A stretch of 24,987 nt of DNA. Origin: Chlamydiota bacterium. GTDB lineage: Bacteria; Chlamydiota; Chlamydiia; Chlamydiales; SM23-39. Of this stretch, positions 17,866 through 24,987 are shown one piece after another. The position numbers and the translations under genes were made by a program. The stretch spans positions 1 to 24,987 of the forward strand of contig JASFVE010000027.1 in NCBI GenBank assembly GCA_050049995.1. The letters are read 5' to 3'. How positions within the stretch are numbered: position 1 is the stretch's first letter; every line of letters begins with the position of its first letter. The notes beneath the pieces are model-generated. The model ran no database searches, was not told the origin of the DNA, and was given only the letters and a program-made list of their open reading frames with translations.

Positions 17866-19425
17866 TTATTCCCATTCAATGGTAGCCGGAGGCTTCGAGG
17901 TAATATCATAGACTACTCTGGATACCTCAGAAACTTCATTGACAATCCTTGTACTTAGCTTACTTAAAATTGTATAATCTATTTTAGAAAAATCGGCTGT
18001 CATTCCATCAATACTATCGACTGCTCTCAATGCTGCTATATATCCTGTAGTTCTTTGATCTCCAATAACTCCCACACTCTTTTGAGGAAGTAATACAGCA
18101 AAGGCTTGCCAAATATTTTTATAAAGGCCAGCTTTAGTGATCTCCTCTAAATAAATTTGATCAATTTGCCTTAAAATATTTAATTTTCGTTCTGTTACTT
18201 CACCTAAAATCCGAATAGCCAGACCAGGCCCTGGAAAGGGGTGCCTATCAATGATGCTTTCCTGCAAAGATAACTCAGCTGCAATTTTACGAACTTCATC
18301 TTTAAAAATGTAACGGTTAGGTTCAAGAATCAATCCTTTTTTTCTTTTTTCTTCAACATATGTGCAATTAACATTATGGTGACTTTTAATGAGGGCAGCT
18401 CCTTTATATTTAGTGTGGCCGCTTTCAATGAGGTCTGTGTATAAAGTACCCTGACAGATAAAGGTATCTTCGCTCAAATTTAAAGATAGTAAGGTTCGAT
18501 TGAGGATTTCCATGAAGAGGTTGCCAATTTTTTGTCTTTTTTCTTCAGGGTCTTTTACTCCTTTGAGTAGTGAAAGGAATTCCTTAGAAGCATCTTCAAA
18601 AATTAGATTTTCAAATCCACATTTTTTAAGAGTGTCTATTACTTGGACGCTTTCATTACTTCTCATAAGTCCTGTATCAATATGAATGGAATAGACTTTT
18701 TCAGGACCCAAAGCTTTTAAGCAAAGCAGGGTAGAGACCATAGAATCGATGCCGCCGCTAACTAAACTGATGACTTTTTGTTGCTTTACTTTTTTTTTAA
18801 TCCAATCAACTTGAGCTTCTATATAATTTTGAACATCCCAGTTTTCTTGTACTTGGCAGCATTTTAGGAAATTCTTTAAAAGGATGGAGCCATTTTCCGT
18901 GTGGCTGACCTCAGGGTGAAACTGCAATCCAAAATGTGGTTTGCTTTTATGAGAAATGGCTGCTATTTGCCCATTGTCAGATGTGGCAATTACTTTGAAG
19001 TGTAAAGGAAGTGAAACTACAGTATCTTGATGGCTCATCCAAACATCCTTTTCAAAAAGAAAGTTTTTAAAAAGGACATGATGGGGCTCTTGAGCATGTA
19101 AGGTGCTTTTTCCATATTCACGTGTTTTAGAAAAAGAAAGGGAGCCCTGATGATATTGAGTCATCAGCTGCATCCCAAAACAGATTCCTAAAATAGGAAT
19201 ATCCAAATTTAATATTTCTTCAGCAAAACCAGATAGTTTCTGTTGTAATGAGTTGGGGCCTCCTGATAGAATAATTCCTTTAGGGTTATGCTTTAATAGT
19301 TCTTGTAAAGAAATGTAAGGGCTCACTATTTCACTAAATACTTTCATCTCTCTGATTTTTCTTGCAATAAGCTGTGTATATTGAGAGCCAAAATCTAAAA
19401 TAAGAATTTTTTCTAATTTAGACAT
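17866..19425 (-). CDS. guaA: GMP synthase (glutamine-hydrolysing)
   Basis: ILDFGSQY, GICFG, QFHPEV, SGGIDS, IKSHHNV, HPFPGPGLAIR and KPPATIEWE. Start corrected from 19521 to the ATG at 19425 (MSKLEKILILDFG), overlapping the guaB stop. Confidence 0.97.
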   Translation of the reverse strand: MSKLEKILILDFGSQYTQLIARKIREMKVFSEIVSPYISLQELLKHNPKGIILSGGPNSLQQKLSGFAEEILNLDIPILGICFGMQLMTQYHQGSLSFSKTREYGKSTLHAQEPHHVLFKNFLFEKDVWMSHQDTVVSLPLHFKVIATSDNGQIAAISHKSKPHFGLQFHPEVSHTENGSILLKNFLKCCQVQENWDVQNYIEAQVDWIKKKVKQQKVISLVSGGIDSMVSTLLCLKALGPEKVYSIHIDTGLMRSNESVQVIDTLKKCGFENLIFEDASKEFLSLLKGVKDPEEKRQKIGNLFMEILNRTLLSLNLSEDTFICQGTLYTDLIESGHTKYKGAALIKSHHNVNCTYVEEKRKKGLILEPNRYIFKDEVRKIAAELSLQESIIDRHPFPGPGLAIRILGEVTERKLNILRQIDQIYLEEITKAGLYKNIWQAFAVLLPQKSVGVIGDQRTTGYIAALRAVDSIDGMTADFSKIDYTILSKLSTRIVNEVSEVSRVVYDITSKPPATIEWE

Positions 19426-20974
19426 TAATGAGGTCCTCATGATGTGATTTAGAAAAAGTTGGAGGGGCATCCTGCATAACTTCATACAAGCTATGCACAG
19501 AGCCTTCTTTTTTTGCTTCATCTGATCGTTTTTCTAACATTAGCTTGTTATCTAAAAAAGCGCAGCGAAGTTCAGAGAAGTTTTTATATCCAAGTTTGTG
19601 AAAGCCTTGTTTGACACCTTGTATTAAGCAGGGGACCCATTCTGAAATAGATCCTTTTGAAGGAACTGCGCCACACACACCTTCAGGAATTTTAATCGTG
19701 GCATTTTGTGTGCTATATCTAAAAGAGCTTCCTTTTTGCATTGCCTTAGAAGATCCCATACCTCTATATTCCTTGAGCAAGATGCCATTTTTAATCTGAC
19801 ATTTTCCCGGTGCTTCTGAGGTGCTGGCTAGTAAAGAACCTAACATGACACTATCTGCACCAAGAATAAAGGCTTTTACCATGTCTGAGCTTCCAGTAAT
19901 CCCACCATCTGCAATCAAAGGAATACTTTTTTTCTTGCAGATTTGTGCGCAGTTATAAACAGCGCTGGCTTGTGCTCTTCCTACTCCGCCAACTTCCTGT
20001 GTTGTGCAAATAGACCCAGAACCCATTCCTACTCTAATTCCATCAGCTCCTGCTTTTATTAATGCTTCACAAGCGTCACTACTAACTACATTGCCACCTA
20101 TTATCTGCAAGTGAGGATACTTTGATTTTGTAAATTTTATTAAATCAACCAGATAAGAAGAATGTCCTTGTGATGTATCAAAAATAACTAGATCAACATG
20201 CTTTTCTAAAGCCTCTAGTCTTTCTACTGCTTTATTATGCCACGTCTCAATAGCAGCCCCAACCCTTAATACTTGAGAAGAATTTGTTGTTGCCAAGGGG
20301 TAATTTTGATGTTTTTGAAGGTCTGATCTTGTCATTAAATATCTTAAATTTCCTAATCGATCAATAATTGGCAAAGCTGCTTGATGTGAGTCTAAGAGTC
20401 TGTTATTTGCCTTTACTAAATCAAAGTAGCCATCTGAATAAAATTCTTCAAAGACTACAGTAGATAGTCTTTCAAGAGGAATCATTCTTTCCCAAACTGG
20501 TTTTTCTAAGTCTTCTAAAGATAAAGTGGAGTAGTCATACTTTGTAACTAAACCAAGAAACTTGGAATGAGGCTTGCCATCTTCTGTGATGGGAACGATG
20601 GAATATCCGTGCTCCTTTTTTATAAGAACAACATCTCGAATAGTACTGCTCGGTGATAAAGTAATAGGATCTGAAATAAATCCATTTTTGAACTTTTTTA
20701 CTTTTTGCACTTGATCTAACTGATCTTGAGGGTTCATGTTATAATGGATAATTCCTAAGCCACCTTGCAGAGCTAAAGCAATAGCTAGGTCAGCTTCTGT
20801 GACTGTATCCATAGGAGAGCTGATGATAGGAGTTCTTAAAGTGATTTCACGAGTAATTTTGGAAGTTAAATTGATTTCTTCCATGGAGAAGTTAATAAAA
20901 TCGGGCAGGCAAATAAGGTCGTTATAAGTAAAACTTTCTCCTTCAAATTTTTGAAAAAAATCGTGAATTCTCAT
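19418..20974 (-). CDS. guaB: IMP dehydrogenase with CBS subdomain, eukaryote-like sequence
   Basis: SSPMDTVTE, GNV, catalytic loop GMGSGSICTTQEV, IADGG and YRGMGS. Confidence 0.97.
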   Translation of the reverse strand: MRIHDFFQKFEGESFTYNDLICLPDFINFSMEEINLTSKITREITLRTPIISSPMDTVTEADLAIALALQGGLGIIHYNMNPQDQLDQVQKVKKFKNGFISDPITLSPSSTIRDVVLIKKEHGYSIVPITEDGKPHSKFLGLVTKYDYSTLSLEDLEKPVWERMIPLERLSTVVFEEFYSDGYFDLVKANNRLLDSHQAALPIIDRLGNLRYLMTRSDLQKHQNYPLATTNSSQVLRVGAAIETWHNKAVERLEALEKHVDLVIFDTSQGHSSYLVDLIKFTKSKYPHLQIIGGNVVSSDACEALIKAGADGIRVGMGSGSICTTQEVGGVGRAQASAVYNCAQICKKKSIPLIADGGITGSSDMVKAFILGADSVMLGSLLASTSEAPGKCQIKNGILLKEYRGMGSSKAMQKGSSFRYSTQNATIKIPEGVCGAVPSKGSISEWVPCLIQGVKQGFHKLGYKNFSELRCAFLDNKLMLEKRSDEAKKEGSVHSLYEVMQDAPPTFSKSHHEDLINV

Positions 20975-20997
20975 AAAAAAATTCTGAAATTAAAGGA

Positions 20998-21026
20998 AAT
21001 ATACACAACAAAATTCAAACTATCAA
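20998..21026 (-). promoter_or_regulatory. Putative promoter of guaBA
   Basis: TTGATA-17 nt-TATATT on the minus strand, 23 nt upstream of the guaB ATG. Confidence 0.55.
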
Positions 21027-21046
21027 GAAATAATTTTATTAAAAAG

Positions 21047-23011
21047 TTAGCTCATTACAATTTCATTAGGGAATCTTTGTAGGAAATCAACACTAATGTG
21101 AGGCGTAAATTTCACAATAATAAGTTCTAAGTGATTTTCCTCAGGTAAATGAAGAATTCCTTCAAAGGTCGTATTGGATAGAAAAAAATTAACCACCTCT
21201 AACATGGAAGCTTTGCTAGTAAAGAAAGTCTTAAGAAAATCCTCATCAAGATTTTTACAAAAATCAAGCGAGAGCTCTCGTAATATATTTTTCTCAGGGA
21301 GAAAAGAGAGTCCTTCGCAGGTAGTATTTGAATGTTGTAAATAAAGCTTTTGTAACATAGAGGTCTTTAAGAAAAAAACTTTTAAATAATCTTCTGCAAG
21401 GGAGTTACAATTAATCAAGACGAGTTCTTTCAATTGGTTATTTTCAGGAATAAATGATAGCCCTTCGCAAGTGGTATTTGTATTCTTTAAATTAAGTTTT
21501 TGCAAAGCAAAAGCTTTTGAGAAAAAGTCCTTGAGGTAATCTTCTGTAAGGTGCCTACAACTAAATAAGCTAAGTTTTTTTAATTGGTTTTGCTTACGAA
21601 TAAAAGAAAGTCCTTCACCAGTAGTATTTGAGCTAGAGAGAGAAACTTGTAATAATTTAAAAGCTTTAGTAAAAAAAATTTTAAGAAATTCTTCATTCAG
21701 TTCTTTACATTGAGAACAGTCAAGTTCTTCCAATTGGTTATTTTCAGGAATAAAAGAAAGTCCTTCGCCAGTAGTGTTCGAGAGTGAGAAGGAAACTTGT
21801 AATAATTTAAAAGCTTTAGTAAAAAAAATTTTAAGAAACTCTTCATTCAGTTCTTTACATTGAGAACAGTCAAGTTCTTCCAATTGGTTTTGTTCAGGAA
21901 TAAAAGAGAGTCCTTGCCCTGTAGTATTTGATTCATTGAAATCAACCCATTTTAGCCTTGAAGACTTAATAGAAAAAAAACGACCAAGCCACTCTTCCTT
22001 GATATTCTTGCAATTATTTAAACTGAGACCTTCCAATTGATTATCTTCAGGAATATTAGAAAGCCCTTCGCAAGTAGTATCTAAATAAGAAAAACTTACA
22101 AATTTTAGTTTATTAGCTTTTGAAAAAAATATAGATAAAAATTTTTCGTTTAAGTTCAAGCTACTATTTAATGTAATTACTTCCAATTGGTTTTGCTCTG
22201 AAATGTAAGATAACTCTTCTCCAGTTATAGAAAGACAACCATTAAGATAAAGTTCTTTTAATTCAGGAATTTTCAAAGAAAAAAAATTTTTTAGAAAATC
22301 TTTCTTAAGGTAATCAGAGCAGCTCAAGTCAAGTTTTTCTAATCGATTGAGAGCTGGAATAGATGCAAGCCCTTCTCCTGTTGTTTTTGAAATAAAATTG
22401 AGTTCTTTTAAAGAGCGAGCTTTAGAAGAAAAAAATATTTTGAGGAAGTCTTCTTTAAGCTTATTGCAGTTAAATAAAGCCAATTCTTCTAATTGAATTT
22501 GTTCAGGCATTTCAGCAAAACACAGGCCAGATATCATTGCTCCATCAATACTTAGAGACTTTACATTAGGGCATAACTTAAAAAAATGTAGCAGAAGGTC
22601 ATCTGAAATATGATGATTAGAATGGAATTTTAATTCATTAATAAGTGCTCTTTTTTCAGGCGATAGATTTTTTAAAAAAGTAATCGCTCCTTCAGAGGAA
22701 TTACTACATTCAATATAAAGCAGCTTTGAAAGAAGTTTCCCTTTAAATGTATCGGCATCTGAACTCAGACTAAATGTTTTACCTAAAATTTTCTCAATAA
22801 GCTGTGAAAATGGTGGTTTATTGAGAAGTCTCTCTATATGTCCTTCTGAAAGCCCAGTAGTAGCTTCTAAAAAAGCTAGTTGCCCCAGTCGGTCGCAAGA
22901 AACCTCACGCCATAAATTATTAACTCTATGATTAATCCGCTGCTCTTCAGGGGACAAATAAGAAAACACGGAGGATAAAAGCCCATTAGGAAGCGCTTGA
23001 ATACTAGTCAT
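21047..23011 (-). CDS. F-box-like + leucine-rich repeat protein (candidate effector)
   Basis: N-terminal LPNGLLSSVFSYLSPEEQ...RVNNLW F-box pattern, followed by many LxxLxLxxC/N repeats. Confidence 0.85.
   Translation of the reverse strand: MTSIQALPNGLLSSVFSYLSPEEQRINHRVNNLWREVSCDRLGQLAFLEATTGLSEGHIERLLNKPPFSQLIEKILGKTFSLSSDADTFKGKLLSKLLYIECSNSSEGAITFLKNLSPEKRALINELKFHSNHHISDDLLLHFFKLCPNVKSLSIDGAMISGLCFAEMPEQIQLEELALFNCNKLKEDFLKIFFSSKARSLKELNFISKTTGEGLASIPALNRLEKLDLSCSDYLKKDFLKNFFSLKIPELKELYLNGCLSITGEELSYISEQNQLEVITLNSSLNLNEKFLSIFFSKANKLKFVSFSYLDTTCEGLSNIPEDNQLEGLSLNNCKNIKEEWLGRFFSIKSSRLKWVDFNESNTTGQGLSFIPEQNQLEELDCSQCKELNEEFLKIFFTKAFKLLQVSFSLSNTTGEGLSFIPENNQLEELDCSQCKELNEEFLKIFFTKAFKLLQVSLSSSNTTGEGLSFIRKQNQLKKLSLFSCRHLTEDYLKDFFSKAFALQKLNLKNTNTTCEGLSFIPENNQLKELVLINCNSLAEDYLKVFFLKTSMLQKLYLQHSNTTCEGLSFLPEKNILRELSLDFCKNLDEDFLKTFFTSKASMLEVVNFFLSNTTFEGILHLPEENHLELIIVKFTPHISVDFLQRFPNEIVMS
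21601..21900. repeat. Two tandem 150-bp copies within the LRR gene
   Basis: 21601-21750 versus 21751-21900 differ at about 11 positions by my count. The core 21642-21739 versus 21792-21889 has a single mismatch in 98 bp. Confidence 0.92.
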
Positions 23012-24809
23012 TATTTAATATTGATTTTGCTTTAGGTGTAAGATAGCAGCCCTTTATATTAATTTTTGTTAGTTGACGTAGATTGGGATGACCTATAATT
23101 GAACTTCCATCTATATTGGAATGTGCAAAATCCACTTCTCTTAATGCTGTAGCTTTTGAAGAAAAAAAGTGGAAAAGATGGGTTTCGAAAAGATTTTTGC
23201 AAAAATGAAGCTTAAGTACTTTTAATTGATTGTTTTTAGGCAATTTTTTAAGCCCTACTCCATATGTGTTTGAATCACTTAAATCCAGCATTTCAAGTTT
23301 ATTAGCTTTAGGGAAAAATTTTATAAGAGCTTTTTCGTTAAGATGCTTACAGTAATGCATAACAAGTACTTTTAATTGATTATATTCAGGTAACTCAGTT
23401 AGGGCCTCTCCTGTTAGTTGAGAGTAGCTGCAATTAAATACTTGCAGCTTAGCTGCTTTAAAAAGTAGGTGGGCAAGGGCTTTTTCATTAAGGTGTGCAC
23501 AATGCTCTAATTGCAACTCTTCTAAAGAGTTCACTTCAGGTAGAAGAGTTAGCGCTTCACATGTAATATTGGAAGAGGAAAGCTCTATCATTTTGAGATT
23601 AGAAGCTTTTGAGAAAAAATTTTCAAAAGCTGCATCAACAAGGCGCATACAATCAATTAAGAACAGTTTTTCTAATTGATTGTATGAAGGAAGCCGGGAA
23701 AGAGCAGCTCCTGAAATATCAGTATTAGTGAGATAAAGTTCTTTTAATTGAGAAGCTATAGAGAGAAAGCTACCTAGAAAACTTTCATTGATACTTTTAC
23801 ATGATGCCAAATATAGGCATTGGATTGGGCTTTCTTGAGAAACATAGGAAAGTCCTTCACAGGTTGTGTTTGTATCACTAAGTTGGATAGTTGTTAGTCT
23901 GGAAGCATGTAAGAAAAAGTTGCCTAAACATTTTTCATTAAGGTGTTTGCAACCATTTAAATAAACGGTTTCTAACTGACTTTTCTCTGAAATATAAGAA
24001 AGGCCTTCACCGGATATATTTGTTGCGCTAAGGAATAGAGTTTTTACATTAGGACATAATTCAATAATTTTTATAAGAAAGCCATCAGTAAGATTTCGAC
24101 ATAAACTTAAATTAAGATATTCGATTTGATTATTTTTAGGTATGCTAGCTAATCCTTCTCCACTAATATTGGAGCTGATAAGATGAATTTCTTTTAAGCA
24201 GGTTGCTTTTGAGAAAAATTCCTTTAAGCATTCTTCATCGAGATTGTCACAATTGTTCAAACAAACCTTTTCTAGGCAATTGTGAGGAAGTATTTGCGCC
24301 AGTCCTTTACCGGTAACATTTGAGCTAGCAAGAGTTAAGGCTTTTAGATTAGGACACAATTCAAAAATTTTAACAAGGTGGTCGTCTGTTATATTGGTAG
24401 GTAAGCTTAAATTTTGAATAGCCATTCGGTTCACAGAAGGAAGTCTCTCTAAAAAAGTTATCATGTCCTCTATAGAATAGCGACATTTTATCTCAAGTAC
24501 CTTGGATAGGAATCTGTTAGTGAACTTATAGGTAGGATCTAACGTGTGGTGAAATACCTGCGATGAAAGTGCATCTATGAGTGGAGGGTTTTTTCGCATT
24601 AGCTTTTTAATGCTTCTCCTTTCAAGAGCTCCAATAGCTTGTAGGAGAGCAAATTGTCCCGGTAAGGTTTTAGTAGCTGGGTTCCAAAGTGTATTAACCT
24701 TTTTTATAGATGTTTGCTCTAAAAAATTTAGATGAGAAAGCACTTTAGGATAAAGAACGAATGGAAGGTTATTTAAAATGCTAAAATTGTCGTTGGATAA
24801 ACTAGTCAT
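23004..24809 (-). CDS. F-box-like + leucine-rich repeat protein (candidate effector), paralog of 21047..23011
   Basis: LPFVLYPKVLSHLNFLEQ...KVNTLW F-box pattern, with the same linker (LSKVLEIKC versus LSKLLYIEC) and the same alternating LRRs as the neighbour. Confidence 0.85.
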   Translation of the reverse strand: MTSLSNDNFSILNNLPFVLYPKVLSHLNFLEQTSIKKVNTLWNPATKTLPGQFALLQAIGALERRSIKKLMRKNPPLIDALSSQVFHHTLDPTYKFTNRFLSKVLEIKCRYSIEDMITFLERLPSVNRMAIQNLSLPTNITDDHLVKIFELCPNLKALTLASSNVTGKGLAQILPHNCLEKVCLNNCDNLDEECLKEFFSKATCLKEIHLISSNISGEGLASIPKNNQIEYLNLSLCRNLTDGFLIKIIELCPNVKTLFLSATNISGEGLSYISEKSQLETVYLNGCKHLNEKCLGNFFLHASRLTTIQLSDTNTTCEGLSYVSQESPIQCLYLASCKSINESFLGSFLSIASQLKELYLTNTDISGAALSRLPSYNQLEKLFLIDCMRLVDAAFENFFSKASNLKMIELSSSNITCEALTLLPEVNSLEELQLEHCAHLNEKALAHLLFKAAKLQVFNCSYSQLTGEALTELPEYNQLKVLVMHYCKHLNEKALIKFFPKANKLEMLDLSDSNTYGVGLKKLPKNNQLKVLKLHFCKNLFETHLFHFFSSKATALREVDFAHSNIDGSSIIGHPNLRQLTKINIKGCYLTPKAKSILNND

Positions 24810-24866
24810 GGTTTTTTAGGTGTTTTTTAGTGAATATAATTTAATCTTAAATAAAATTTTTTGCTA

Positions 24867-24987
24867 TCAATCAAGATAATCATTTAATTCTTTTGTTTTC
24901 TTGATAAACTCTGCAATAGAAAGATTGAATTTAGGATGAGGTTTATCTAAAGGAGCAATTTTCGATTGACTTGGATGATCTAAAGAC
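24867..24987 (-). CDS. Probable 3' end of an unidentified gene entering from the right edge
   Basis: Open frame ...SLDHPSQSKIAPLDKPHPKFNLSIAEFIKKTKELNDYLD ending in tandem TGA TAG. Too short to identify. Confidence 0.45.
   Translation of the reverse strand, partial: SLDHPSQSKIAPLDKPHPKFNLSIAEFIKKTKELNDYLD

Noticed and set aside
19426..19521. N-terminal extension of guaA in the ORF track
   Set aside because: Overlaps guaB by about 100 nt; GuaA similarity begins at the ATG at 19425.
2725..19799. Short nested ORFs starting at 2725, 4667, 5256, 7791, 8109, 8516, 9804, 15124, 15557, 15806, 16174, 17265, 18500 and 19611
   Set aside because: All lie inside longer, better-supported genes (antisense or alternate frame) and show no recognisable motifs.
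21601..21900. 150-bp repeats as a DGR template/variable pair or a CRISPR array
   Set aside because: The copies are adjacent and in frame, mismatches are not adenine-specific, and there are no spacers, reverse transcriptase or cas genes.

Overview
AT-rich bacterial window whose gene content and order point to an environmental member of the Chlamydiota. The pointers are the serS / VIT1-like / P1B ATPase operon, a UPF0158 protein, a fused 2-oxoacid dehydrogenase E1 alpha/beta, yycJ near ftsK, tandem MOMP-like porins and F-box-LRR proteins. Housekeeping genes (serS, ftsK, uppP, tRNA-His) are interleaved with accessory genes. These are: two orphan candidate effectors, one with about 129-aa internal repeats and a Pro-rich SH3-ligand-like tail; a translationally coupled HEPN + unknown partner pair behind a perfect 16-bp palindrome; a pseudo-receiver/metallo-beta-lactamase fusion with Lys in place of the phospho-Asp; a guaB-guaA operon whose IMPDH carries eukaryote-type motifs; and two coupled F-box-LRR paralogs, one with a recent 150-bp internal duplication. 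No CRISPR array, IS element or integrase was seen. All family assignments come from motif recognition and recalled sequences, not from database searches.
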